Notes: generated by a model from the sequence alone, not told the origin. DNA of 64,000 bases from Hamiltosporidium tvaerminnensis FI-OER-3-3 (GCA_022605425.2 CM061252.1:310001-374000), one strand, 5' to 3'; shown: positions 37,667-50,920, counted from the stretch's first letter. Numbers and translations are program-made.

Positions 37667-38386
37667 TTTATTTTAAAACACTACATCTTTTTTAAACAGC
37701 GGCAAGTGTTATATTTGTTTTCATGACATTGACGCAGTTCTAGGTTTAAATAAATAACATCTACTCCAACACTCCATCATTAAAACCCCTCTCCAAAAGA
37801 TACCTATAATCCAAAGCCTTTCATCTACCAGGTGTGTAGAACCCAACTAATAGGCGAAGCAATTGCTCGGATTTCGTTAATGTCCGTTGCATGGAGTGTG
37901 ATCGAAGGCCGAAACCCCCCCCTTGGGCTCTCCCAAGACCATGCCGCATTCACTTACTCTACACTTTCTGAACCAATAAATATCTAGCTAAGATATATTT
38001 CAGAGACTTACATGAGGTCCACCTAGACAGTGCAATGTCATACCAACAGGTATAGCCTCCTACTTATCATTTGGATTTAAAGAGTTTTATTTTTTATATT
38101 TTCCAGGCGCTAAGTCTTCGGACTTGAGTGAGCAAGGCAGGGTTTCCATCCTTTTACATGGCAATTAGCCACCTGTTAAGCTCAATGCGTGCCATTTATA
38201 TATAAAAACAAAAAAGATTTTTGTAAAAAGTTTATCTAATTCCTAGGCCTCTTCATACTAACCCTAATGTAACAACGGAAAATCTAGTGTAGTTTTATTC
38301 CCACCAAAAATGCTAGCAAAGATTTTCACGACAATTTCACATACATATTGCCAGGAGATGATTTTTTATATGGTTATCCTCCCTCC
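37667..38386 (-). ncRNA. Structured ~720-nt dispersed element, copy 4
   Basis: Full-length colinear match. CTTGGG-AGAG-CCCAAG hairpin and a 9-bp ATGACATTG/CAATGTCAT stem. Confidence 0.6.
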
Positions 38387-38603
38387 GGAAAAAACAAAAT
38401 ATATAATAACTCAAATATTATTGTGAATCAATTTCAGTAAGAAAATGAATTCGTTAACAATTTTTTTAGCCATAAAAATTTTTTAATCATTAGAATTAAA
38501 AAAAGATATATAACGAAAATTAAATACCTTTTATACATTTAATTAAAGTTTCCATTGATAAAAACATTTTTTTTAATTTCTATAACCACAAAAAATAATC
38601 AAA

Positions 38604-39167
38604 TTAATCATTATAGCCATCTTTTATAAACCATTTCTTAACCTGAAATTCTTCTCCATTAGATTTTCTAACTACCACATCATTTCCATTCACATCGATA
38701 ATCTGTATAATTTCATTTCTATGTAAAAGTATATTATTCTTGACAATATAATCGTATTCCATAGAAGATATTTGAAATAGGCTTTTGGATTGTCGTAAAG
38801 GAATATTTCTAACTTGTTTCTTAGGTATAACGAATGTACAAATGTTCGAAACAAAAATACTACAAAAATATGCTACAAATAGAACAATATGTACACCTAA
38901 ACTTATACATAATATTACTATCATTGTAAGTTCTAATATATAAATAAATAGCAAAAATTCGATGCTAAAATTTTTATATTTTCTTTTTTTAGTGTTTTTT
39001 TTATTGAAATATATTTTCAGCAAAATTAAAAGTGGGTTTACAATATTTAAAAACAGAGAAGAAACAATAGAACGTATTTCTATGTTGGTATGGTAGAATA
39101 TAACAAAAGATACACTCGCCAATGTATTGATGAGTGATTTGAGAACAGTAATATAATCATTTTTCAT
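38604..39167 (-). CDS. SHO1: Sho1-like membrane protein (about 4 TM segments plus a degenerate C-terminal SH3)
   Basis: Hydrophobic N-terminal half. The C-terminal NEIIQIIDVNGNDVVVRKSNGE resembles fungal Sho1 SH3 (NEILQVSDIEGRWWKARRANGE, recalled from memory). CCC motif before the ATG. Confidence 0.55.
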   Translation of the reverse strand: MKNDYITVLKSLINTLASVSFVIFYHTNIEIRSIVSSLFLNIVNPLLILLKIYFNKKNTKKRKYKNFSIEFLLFIYILELTMIVILCISLGVHIVLFVAYFCSIFVSNICTFVIPKKQVRNIPLRQSKSLFQISSMEYDYIVKNNILLHRNEIIQIIDVNGNDVVVRKSNGEEFQVKKWFIKDGYND

Positions 39168-40483
39168 ATGGGTTTATTGGTGAGAAAAGAAAAATGTAAA
39201 AAAAGGAGAAAATAATTTTTTATAGTGGATTTATTTATATTTTTAGTAATAAAATTTGTATTTAAAATATTATTTTTACAATTAATTATCTATTTATATC
39301 CATAAATTATTTAAAAATTTTATTTGCCAATTTCTATTTATATCCATAAAAGACATTAGAAATTAGTATTTAAAATATATTTATAATAGTTTTCAGTGTT
39401 TCATCACAGTTCACTCAAAAAATTTGTATTTGATATCATTATTGTTGAAGATTATCTCTTTATATTTATAAATTGCTCAAAAATTTTGTATAAATATTTG
39501 TTCATGTATTTAGTAATTTAAGCCAATTTAAAATCAAATTGTTTTTACTTTTTAAGTAATAAAAAATTTAAATCAATTTTTTTGTTTCCATATAAAAGAA
39601 ATTATAAAGAATTAAATTACATTTGTTTTGGCTTATTCTACTACAGAATTGATACAAACAGACCATAAAGTAAAATAATTTTAAGATTTTTTTTTAGTTC
39701 AGTTTGAAATTACATTTTACTAAATGATTCACTTAGATTAAATAAATTTAATATATACAGAAATATTCTTGATTTATTTAAGTTAATTTAATCCAAATGG
39801 CCGGATTTGATCAGTATGAAGACAAAATTCAGTCTCTTAAAATTGAGCATAGGCGTAGATTGTCGAACCAACCTAAAAAAGAATCAATTATACAGATAGT
39901 CTTCAAATAACATGAAAAATCTATGATTTTCATATAATTTATCACAGAGTCTATTGAAAAGAGAAATTACAATATGTGAATTGATATTAAATTAGATTCC
40001 AAGAGTTGGGAAAAAAAGAAATTTGAAATCCAAAGCTCAAGAATAAATTTGGTTCTAAAAAAAATAGTTTTTTAATAGAAATATGATGGCTAATTTTTAT
40101 ATCAAAATGGGTTTAACTATATGAGGTTAAAAAATCTAAATTAGGATTATGGACGTTTTGGACAACATTCAACCTCTGAATACTTTTTCATTGGTATAAA
40201 ATTAAATACTCAGGTTTTTATTTGTTTGTGATATAAAAAACTAAAAATCAAATTTTTTTTATGAAAGTTCTAAGGTAGAGTCTAGAATTTAAGCTTTAAA
40301 TTAAAACTGGCGGAATATTCTTTTAAGATAAGAACTCCGTAATTCTTAAAAGATAGCCAGAATAAATTACATAATAAAATAATAGGATAAATAAAATAAA
40401 AAAAATTACATTAATTTGTGAAATTCGGTTTATTTATTGGTTTTTGACCTGCCAACTGAAGTTGATTCCAATATTAATTTGAA

Positions 40484-40522
40484 ATTTGATTTATTCGTGA
40501 AAGTAGCTAAAGATATAAATAG
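40484..40522 (+). promoter_or_regulatory. ATTTGATTTATTC-N17-TATAAATAG promoter module
   Basis: Identical motifs and spacing at 45351-45389; 18 nt separate the TATA element from the ATG in both. Confidence 0.7.
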
Positions 40523-40540
40523 AACTGAAAAATAAATTGT

Positions 40541-41035
40541 ATGAATCGAAAACAATTGTTCTTATGGATTATTCAGCTTACAATAATATTAAACTTTATA
40601 AAAAGAGTTTCAAAGGTAAATGCAGGTTATAGTAGGAGAAGTTATAGTAGTAGAAATATAAGAAGAAGCAGTGGTTTTCGTGGGGGTAGTGTTAGCAGAA
40701 GCGGCTGTCAAGGAGGTAGTTGTAGCGGCGGTAGGCAGGGTGGCGGTAGCTGTAAAGGAGGTAGTTGTAGCGGCGGTAGACAGGGTGGCGGTAGCTGCAA
40801 AGGAGGTAGTTGTAGCGGCGGTAGACAGGGTGGCGGTGGCTGCAAAGGAGGTAGTTGTAGCGGCGGTAGACAGGGTGGCGGTAGCTGCAAAGGAGGTAGT
40901 TGTAGCGGCGGTAGACAGGGTGGCGGTGGCTGCAAAGGAGGTAGTTGTAGCGGCGGTAGACAGGGTGGCGGTGGAGGATGTAGTAGTTGTGGCGGGGGTG
41001 GGTGTAGTAGTTGTGGTGGTAGAAACCCGAGATAA
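40541..41035 (+). CDS. Secreted Gly/Cys/Ser-rich repeat protein
   Basis: Leader MNRKQLFLWIIQLTIILNFIKRVSKVNA, then GYSRRSYSSR, then six 15-aa repeats CKGGSCSGGRQGGGS. Confidence 0.85.
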   Translation: MNRKQLFLWIIQLTIILNFIKRVSKVNAGYSRRSYSSRNIRRSSGFRGGSVSRSGCQGGSCSGGRQGGGSCKGGSCSGGRQGGGSCKGGSCSGGRQGGGGCKGGSCSGGRQGGGSCKGGSCSGGRQGGGGCKGGSCSGGRQGGGGGCSSCGGGGCSSCGGRNPR

Positions 41036-42460
41036 TATAATCCGAGATTTAGTCGTTATTAGTTTTATGAAAGCAGGAAATGATTAAAACTAAGTTAAAC
41101 TATAATTTTTTATTCCTAATTTTTATCTTAATCGCATTTTCTTAGGAAAATGAAATAAATAGTTTTAGAATTTAAAACACACTAAGTATCAATTATAAAA
41201 AGTATTAAAAAAATAGTTTTTTGTATGCTGACTTTAATTTGAGAGTTCCTGTTTTCTATTTAGTCTTTATTTTCAGATTGTTCAACATTTAAAAACCTAA
41301 AGTGAGCCTGCTTAATCCACCTACGAAAGAACGACCTTCTAAGAAACGACAGTAAAAGAAAGAGAAGATATATTAAAAACTCGGTATATGAGTTAAAATC
41401 TGCTTCCCAGAAGCCTGGATAAACAAAAACAGTAGAAATTATAGAAAAATTTTATTTAAATGCTAGAAAAATGTTAAATTTTAGAAAACTGACACAATGC
41501 AATTTTTTCATTTAATAGACCATAAACAACATAAAACAAAGATTAATCGGCTAAATATGGCTTTGAGTTGCAAAAATTATCTTGATTTTTATTTTTATTG
41601 TAGTAAAATCACTAATATAATGCCCCAACACATTTTATAATCGCATCTATAAATTTCTATACAAAAAGAAATTCAGAAAACTTAAAGCTCGGCCTTTTGA
41701 AATAAAATGAAAAATTTCCCCTACTCAATAGATCAGTTGAGGTTTGAATTTGGTTTTTAATATTATATCAATCTATTATACTGTATTTTAATCCATGATA
41801 TCCTGTTGATTGTTGTAATAGTGTTTTTTAACAGTTTCAGATTCATTTCAACTTTAAAACTACACTTGAGGGCTGTAATTTTTTCAAGTTGAGTGAGATT
41901 TAATTCTTTTTCTGCTTAATATTCTCTTTCATGTCAACATAACATATACACCCAAATATATATGGGTATTTGCGCGTTTCTAAATTTAATAAAATTATTC
42001 CAGGTACCTCGGCTTTAATTCCAAATGGCAGGTTAAATAACTATCAACTATTATCGAGTTATAAAAATACTTATGATGCCTTGATTAAGACTATAACTAG
42101 ATATTTTTTTTCCATTTAGACCCATTATTAGAGTTTCCTAAGATATATTTTTTGCCATTTTATAAAAAACCATTCTGAGCTATCAAATAAAAAGTTGTAA
42201 AAACTATCGATTAAAGAATATTCCGTTACTTTTCTCGCAAGTTAAGAATTTTAGTTTTTTTTTTGGAAATATAAATATGAGGGAGTCATAAGAATGAACC
42301 TTTCAGCGGGAATGGTATTATTTTATTCTTTAATAAAAAACATACCAAATTTATCAGAATTTGCTGTCGGTTTTTAGTGGAATCATAATTTTCGAATCCA
42401 TATGGTGGAGTTTACCCATAAAGGAACCAAAGAAATATTTTTTTTAAACACCTTTAAAAA

Positions 42461-42957
42461 TTTATTTAAATAAATTCAAAGTTAACAAATTTTCTCTTTT
42501 TTAAATATTTCTTTCCACTATTTCAACCACTTCAATCTCTTCCTCCAACTTCGACTCTTCATTTGCATTAATTGTTGGTTTTTCTGCTGTGGTTATGCCA
42601 TCCAAAATAAGGGTAAAATATTTTTTGTATCGCCCGTTTTAACACCATCTTCCTCGTTGTCTACTTGCTTTAAAGGAGTGTTGGTTGTTTATGCCTCTCG
42701 GCTTTCATATTAACACCCATTGACGCTCTCTCCCAGCTCTTTTTGACATTTGGTCCAGACTCAAGTCCTCTTCGTCGATCAAAGGAAGTTCTTTCGACTG
42801 TCTTTTTAAGTACTATATACATAATGTATGCCTCTACATTCATGGGTATTTCGAGTCTTTTTAGGTGTGATTTATGGTATTTTGTCACAATACCGTTCCA
42901 GGTCATCACATAAGAGATTATCTCAACTCTACACTTATAAATAAGACTTAACTCATT
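42461..42957 (-). mobile_element. 3' fragment of R4-like retrotransposon
   Basis: NELSLIYKCRVEIISYVMTWNGIVTKYH matches the RLE C-terminus; degenerate 3' tail present. Confidence 0.9.
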
Positions 42958-43249
42958 AAACTCTTTGTAAATTAAAATTAATATTTTTAAAATTATCAAT
43001 TCTTTTTTTTTTCGAAAGAACTTTCTATAGGGGGTTCATTATTATTTTTATCTTATAGTTCTTGAGGGAAATTTGGCAAGAATTAAATCTTTGCAGGCTA
43101 TTTTAACTATGTTAGAAATAAAATGCTAAAAAATACCTAGCTGATAGACATAATGCGCGTTCTTGGTTATCTTCAAGGAAAAGAATAAATTTTTAAAGAA
43201 AAACAACAAACTAAGAGTTAATAAACGACAATCTGTTGGATAAGAAAAT

Positions 43250-44100
43250 TTTGATATTTATAAAGAGGCATTCTCTGAAGACGATTTCTGAAAACAACAT
43301 TCTAAGCTTGATGGACTTCACATAATTTATCAAAGAAATGAAAATATGTTATATAAACTCTAAAACCCACCATTTCGAAGTTAAATGAAAGAATCATCAA
43401 ATATGCCTCAAATTGTTGAAAGAAAAAGAGATATCAATTTAAGTCGCAATTTACACATAATACAACTCCTTTGACGATATACGTGGCGTATCGTGCAAAA
43501 ACAAAGTGCCAATCTGAGAAACCATGTAAATCAATAGGATATTTATGAGTGGATTGCATAAGTTTTCACATTTTGATTTAAATTTCTTTTTTCGTTTGCC
43601 TTTGAAAATATAAAGCCATAAATATTCTATCCAGTTAGAGCCAATATTTATATGAAAAACCCACAATGGTGTTACAACTGCAATAACGGCCGGAAACTCA
43701 ATAATTCGTGTTTCACAAAACTTCCACTTTTAATAACTTTGATTTTGTAAGATAAATAAAATGTCCACTAAACAAAAGTTGGATCGAAAGACTCAATAAG
43801 ATTATTTTGAGGTTAATATTGAAGGTATTATCTGGCATGAAAAATAGAAAATTGGGATGAAATCTTCCTACAATTGTATTTGAAAATAATATATCATGGT
43901 GTAGATTCATATATGTATAACCAATCTGAGATTTAGGAGCCAAAGAAGTATATAAATATTGCCTTCCATAGCTTATTCCACCAAAAACGAAGAGCATTCA
44001 AAATTGTGTAAGAAGACTTGGTCATTTAAAACAATTTAGAATTTACCGAATAAATAAACAGTATACCAGTTGTGGCAGAGTGAAGCCTTAAGCACATAAT
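43250..44100 (+). mobile_element. Eroded Ty3/Gypsy integrase remnant
   Basis: Fragments IERLNKIILR (~43785) and NWDEI-PTIVFENNISW (~43852), preceded by HHCC-like and DI.G-like traces. Confidence 0.5.
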
Positions 44101-45350
44101 TTTATTCCTAAAAGATTTAACATTGGATATATAGGCGCATATCTTTCGAATTGACAAAGTTCTGATTTTCATTGCCACTGTATCGCATTTTGACCATGAG
44201 ACTTGATAATTATTCAAAAATATTTTGATAATAATCATTTGACCAGGAGAAACAAAACGAATAGCCTTTATGAAGAAAGAAATTGAATTATTACAGAAGG
44301 TGTTGGCTCACATAGTTCTAGATTTTGAATAAAGGGCCCAAGAATATCAAAAGTTATACGTAAAAACACATAAATTGACTTTTGAAAAACAAATACTGTT
44401 TGTTTCCAGATTTTTTGCATTTTTTATTGTTTTTTTTTATTATTATTATTGCATCTTTTTGTTTGTTCTATTATTTTTTTTGCCTTTTTAATTTTTTTTT
44501 CTTCTTATTTTTTTGTCTTATTGTTATTTTTGTATAAGTTTCTATATGGGTAAATGACTTCCTATACGGGTAAGACAGTTCATATATCTGGTATTTATTT
44601 GGCTTAAATATAATTCTATATTCCGGAAAATTTCATGATAATATAATAGCTAACTGCTAATATATAGAATAAACACCATATGAAAACACGATTTATATTT
44701 TTTGTATTTTTTGCAACAGATTTCAATTTATGTTTTAAAAAAATTGAAAAAGAGATTTTTTTTATAAAATAAAGCTAATATTAAAGAATATTAATTTCGC
44801 AAAAAATTATTGCTATTTTAAGAAAAATATATTTGATATTGAAACATTTATTTTATGGATTACTCTCCTTAAAAAATGTCAAAAATCTTAAAATGATAGC
44901 CTTTAAGATAATATTATGATTCAATTAATAAGTTTCCACACATGAAAATAAACAAAGATGTAACAGAATAATAAAAATTATTGAAATATTTAGTTCATGA
45001 TTTTTTTTAGGTTAGTAATGGACAAATTTAACTACTCGGAATATTTTTCAAAACTAGAATATTTTTATAATTGGTTCTTACTGAAAGAAATTTAATCTAC
45101 TCTTTTAAAAAGTACCAATCAAATTTAAAAAAGTGTTCTTATTAAAATTTTCGGACTATTTTTTGATTAAGTGTTATAAATTAAAAAAACCAAATGTTAA
45201 TACCATTCAAATAGAAGCTCGGTGTCAAATTCAGACTTTTAAAGATTCTGAAGAATGAAAAAATCAAGAAAAAAAATGATCCGCGAACCATGCTTTATTT
45301 AACACCTAAAAATTAGTCGAGATAAGAAAAGTACATATGATCATATAAGG

Positions 45351-45389
45351 ATTTGATTTATTCATCATTTCTAAGAAAGGTATAAATAG
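45351..45389 (+). promoter_or_regulatory. ATTTGATTTATTC-N17-TATAAATAG promoter module
   Basis: Same module as 40484-40522. Confidence 0.7.
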
Positions 45390-45407
45390 AGAAGAAATAT
45401 TTCAGTC

Positions 45408-45875
45408 ATGAATAATAAACAATCTATGTTTTGGATTATTAGGGTAATGATAATATTGAATATCTTAAGTAAAATTTCTAGAGTTTGTGCGAGTTTTAGC
45501 AGCCGTTCTTACAAATCAAGTAGTAGTCGGGTTAGTTTGCATTCAGGTGGGGGAAGTGGGAAAACTTCTTCAAGTCATAGTTGATATAGTAGTAGTGGAG
45601 GAGGCAGTGGTGGAAGCAGTAGTAGTAGAGGAAATAGTAGTGGAGGAGGTAGTAGTGGAGGAGGTAGTAGTGGCGGAAGTAGTAGTGGAGGAGGTAGTAG
45701 TAGTGGAGGAAGTAGTGGTAGTGGAGGAAGTAGTGGTAGTGGAGGAGGTAGTGGTAGTGGAGGAGGTAGTGGAAGTAGAGGAGGCAGTGGTAGTGGAGGA
45801 GGTAGTGGAGGAAGCACAGGTTCATCTTCTTCGCAAGGTTCCTCGAACGGAAAATGTTGTCCATTTCCAAGCTAA
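45408..45875 (+). pseudogene. Secreted Gly/Ser-rich protein, paralog of 40541..41035, with in-frame TGA at 45582-45584 (not in the ORF track)
   Basis: MNNKQSMFWIIRVMIILNILSKISRVCASFSSRSYKSSS...SSHS*YSSSGGGSGG(SSGGG)n...NGKCCPFPS, ending TAA TAA. Confidence 0.8.
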
Positions 45876-47194
45876 TAAGCATAAGTAAAGAATTTAAAAA
45901 TTAGAGATATTTGCAATAAGATTGGTTTTGAAGATAGGTAGTAATTAAAGTATAAGTTGAATTAAATTTTTATGAAATATATTTTCTAAATTTTAACATT
46001 TAGCATCATATAAAAATAAAAGCCATGATTTTAAATGTGGAAATATATAAAGTCTTATGGTGCTAAGCCAGCTGGCAAAATAATTTTGAAGCAAAAACTG
46101 GAGAATTAAAGAAAATACCTTTACACATTAGTTTTCCATATTCCAAAACCAGTTACTTCGAAAATATAGAAAGATTCATATTTTATGCCCTTTATTAGTT
46201 TATAGAATTGAGAAAACATAATCAAGAGGATCAACCTACTTTTTTATGAGGCAATATAAATTTTCATCGTTAAAGCATTGCAATTACAAATTGCCAAGAA
46301 TTTGAAGTTATTAAACTCTGAATAAAATATTTGTAAATATATCTATTTTTATAGATTCAAAAATTCAATTTAAGCCTGTCTATCATAAGAAATGATTGAT
46401 TCATACTTATTGAATATCAATAATGTTTCAAAACAAAAACTTCGGATCTTATCTTTTATATTCTGAATTTATCAAATAATCTATTGACTGTTTTTCTAAA
46501 TATTTCGCTAAATTGGTCATTTAAAAATCAACATGAAAACCTTCAAACGTAATTTATACAAAATTTATATTTATAATGATTTTAGACCCTACTGAAAAAT
46601 TTCAGAAAAATAAAAGCCACCGGATTTCGATTCAAACACTAAATTTGATATAAAACGGAATTATGAAAATATAAATTTGATGATTTTTTTATTAAAAAAC
46701 CCAAATATTAATAAAAAATTAAATTAATACCATCCATATTATAACATAAATAAAAAAATTAATTCGTTTCTTTGCAAATATAATTAAAAATAGCTACTTC
46801 ATTTAGATTCTTATATGAATGTTTTATAGTTTAGTTTCGGAAAGCTATATTTAAAAATCAAATATAATTCATTAATAATTTATAAATCGATTTAAATAGT
46901 TTAAACGGTTCAATATTAAATTTAAACATCGGAATATAGTACATAAATCCCCACACTCAGCAAATGAATAAAAATAAGAAAGCAGGTATATCCATAAAAC
47001 TGATTTACTAATTATGTATTTTCCGTTAAAAACCTTCTTCCAAATACTGTTATGCAAATACTGTACCAACAAGAATATATCATATAAGAAATTGTTACAC
47101 AATTATTTTTCTTAAATATTTTAATTATATTTGCTCAAAAGTTTCATTTATATTTAAAATGAATTTATAATTTTTAAATAATTTTGTCATTTGG

Positions 47195-50100
47195 AAAATA
47201 GGAATAAGGAAAAATTTTGATAACGAAAAATTAAACATAATAAAAAAAAGGTTGCAAAGACGCCGATGGGGCAATTAATAGTGAAAAGTAGTGCAACTCC
47301 GTAAACAATCCTACCCGAAAACCCCTAACTTTCTCTTATACATAAATAATAGACCCTGCATCAGACCAGATATGCAATAACGCACAATACTGATAGGTTG
47401 ACACCCTACCATCGTCTTAAAACCACTTCTCTTTTCCTCGAAGCTCTTCTTGCAGCCATCGTACGAAACGACAAACCCCATACTTTAGCTATTCCCAAAG
47501 GTAACAGGCTAATAGTCTTGCTGACGATATTTGATTCTGTAACAGCCAACCCAGAAGACTGCACTAAGATTGTTTTTCTTTTATCAGTACAAACAAGTTT
47601 TAAAAGAATGGTTTGAAATGGTTGTAAAGAACTTCACGGGTTATATTGGGGGGATTTGGCTGCTCTGTAACCCTAGAAGTGTTAAAAAGTTAGCAAAAAC
47701 GAGATGGAAAGACAAGTATAATTAGAAGAGGATGCAGAAAGATGTAAAATCGCCTCTTGTCTCACCAGTCATTCACCTTGTTTGACAAGACTTTTTACAT
47801 AAATCTGTAAGATAATTTGTTAGTAAAACCAAAGAAATTCATGAGAGGAAAGTAGAAACGCTGTGTTAAGATTTAATAACAATCAAATAAATTAGGTTGA
47901 TAGTAAAATTTAATACCTCATCCATAGAATAGTCGATGAGTATGCTTATTTTAAAGTATCCGGGTCACTTACAGACGCTGCACAAGTATGTTTGACGAGG
48001 CAACACGCAAAAAAAGCAAAATCTGCTTTAAATAAAAACATAGAAAGTAAAATTTGCGATTTATTACTGTTTAAAAATTCACCGGAGAGGGCCTTAGACC
48101 GGAAAAATTGCTCTGCTTCGGGAAGAAAAGCCCCAAGAAAATCATGCGAGAGTTAATTTTATACTTAAGCAATGTAGATGATCTTTCCGAGGCTCTATGT
48201 TAGAAGAATAAGCCTTGACTTGTTATGTATAGGCACTTCGATGTATGAAAGTAGCAAGTAATTCAGTTTAGCATCGTATTTTGAGTTTTTAGGAGGCGAG
48301 TCTGTCGGGGATTATCTCGGCGTGTTGAATCTGAGCATGTGGTAAGTTGTATTTAAATTGTGAGTTTTTGACCTATAATAAAGCACAAAACGACGAAACT
48401 GCTCTGATATAATTATTATTGATTACATTTGTATCAGATAAAATGCTAACATGCTTGCCTACCTTCATGTATTGATAAGTAGCATTAGTTGGCTTTTCGA
48501 CAGGAAATCTACTGGAAATTACGATATTTACAATTTTAATGACGAGAAACTTATAACTATTTACAAATGTCTTTATGATATTGTAAAATATAAATTTTTA
48601 GAAAGTAAATTTCAAACTGATTGGTTCTAATGTGGCCTTAAGCATTTGATCTCAAAGGTAAAACCGAAAAGAGACTCTGAATAGTCAAATCACTTTCTAT
48701 TTCCAACCTTTATAAGTTAATGACAAAGTATGTTTCGAAAGTCGTCTTACTTGAAGTCGGAAAGGTGAAACTAACATGCAAAAAACCAATTGAGAGCGGT
48801 AAGTAGTATGCAAAAAGACAACAACGCAAGTCCTATTGAAGTTTCCCTTTATAAAGAATATTGGAAAACCCTTAATACAAGTTGAATTAAACAGCGAAAA
48901 GCTTATAATTTCATAAATCATGTATTTTTGGCTCAGTGTAGGAAAATACTTAATTTATCCGCTTGATCTTTGGGGTAAATGCAGGAATAATATCCAAATC
49001 AAAAATTAATAATCTGATAGAGCCTGAAAAATTGTGAAAAAAGAAGGTTGAGAGGTAAAATTGACATTAATTAGTTTGTTACGGAAGTTTTTGTGTTGTA
49101 TATGAATCTTTTGAGCTACAAACTCAATGAGAAATACACAAAAGTGACAATACACAATGATACAAATCCTTATACTACAAATATTACTAGTCAGTGTTCT
49201 TTAACTCTTCGCAAAGGCTATATATTAGAAGCTATAATAAGTGAAGCTAAGAATTTTCAAAGTTTATTTTATTAGAGATAAAAAATAGATGTTAACGCGA
49301 ATTAAACGTGTTGTGAAGATATTCTACTTTTCTAGAAGGCGTTATTTTTTGTTAGATATCTAGGAATAATAGAAGATAGCAAAACTAATACAATACGTAG
49401 TTCATTTAGAGAAATACATAGCAATCTAATTTGGGAGTTGAAAGATATTTTGCATTAAATTAAACGCAAACAAATTATTTTTTGCAATTAATCAATATGC
49501 TATATCGTTATTAACCTATCATATGGAAGTGCTTTGACTTGAACCAGCCAACTTCTTTAATTTGGATGATGCAGCGCGGGCGGTGTCGGTGAAAAACAAG
49601 ATATATCTTCGCCAAAAATATAAAGAACATTTTTACTTTCCCAGAACCGAACCAAGAGAGGCTTACATAGTGTTAAGAGGCAAAGCGAACACATTTTTTG
49701 CAACTCTTTGATTTTCAGAATTAAAAGAAATATCAACTTGAAAAGCAGCAATCCCAAAAGTAGAGACTACTAATAAAATAAATTATGCCTTAATAGAAAG
49801 CTTCTTAAAAGTAAAATTTGATTAAAAAAAGAAGTCACCAAGGCGAGTATAGAAGAATTAGATTACAAAAACATACAACAGAATATAAAAACCGAAAAAT
49901 TATCGCAAAGTTATATAATGCAAGAAAAAATGAGTCTGAATATAAAGTAATCTCTCGGATGGCTAAACCTGGGAACATTAAGTGACGATATGGAGCAGTT
50001 TTATGCTATATTAAAGGTAGAAATGTATTCCAAAGCCGAATATATCTGATAACACTTAATATATCTAGCGACCTCGTAGGTAATTTGGCGACTCGATGTG

Positions 50101-50920
50101 AAAAAAGAATAAACGATGCTTACACCTGACGATACTATGAATTGCCTAGATGCCAGAGTCATTTCTTTTAAATGGATCCAAATTTAAGTCTTCAAAACAA
50201 ATTATAAGCTCCTTACTCAAGAAATCCTTGAAAACGAGCATGCAGAGATAAGAGTGGATAACAAAATAAAAAGGAATGTCAAGATTCAGAATAATAGACC
50301 AAATACATTTGTTTTAGATAAGAAAAAAAAATATGATAGCACTCATCGAACTAAGAATTACTTACCGAGATCCACTTAATAAGTTAAAATAAGAAAAACT
50401 TAGGAAGTATGACCTACTATCCGATGAGTTAGGCCTTTGATAAGTGTACTATTATGATGCTGCCTTACGTAATGACATTAGACGGTGTTGTGAAAAAATA
50501 AAATAAGTCATACCTAAATAGATTGCAAATACCCAGGAATATAGAGACATAAATCCAAAAGATTGTACCTTAGAATACGGTAGAAACAATCTTCTTTGAT
50601 TAACGAAGAGTACCTGCACCAAATCTAATACGGAAGATAGCTGAGAAAAAGCCACGATCGGTGTTATTAAGAGAGCCAAAATGCACGAGGAAAGATAACC
50701 CCTTTAAAACAAGCGAGTAAGATGAAAAAGGTGGTAAACATTTAAAAACAAAAAATATTACACACATTATTTCCGAAGATGAACGCGTTAGAGGAATCGA
50801 CGATTAACATCAATGAAGATACTGATTTATAAAAAATGAAACGATAGTGATTAAATCGGTAGAAGAATATACATGCAAATGATAAACAAAGTTTTAACCC
50901 AGAATTTTATTTAATAAAAA
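47195..50920 (+). mobile_element. Old, heavily mutated full-length R4-like retrotransposon
   Basis: Colinear with 13557..17385 from the N-terminus (TLAIPKGNRLIVLLTIFDSVTANPE) to the 3' tail TTAACCCAGAATTTTATTTAATAAA. Confidence 0.88.

Noticed and set aside
29204-45888. Leu/His-, Pro- and Val/Glu-rich ORFs (e.g. 29204..29626, 30871..31155, 40671..41087, 45487..45888, 45575..45817)
   Set aside because: Alternate-frame or antisense shadows of stop-free tandem repeats in the real genes.
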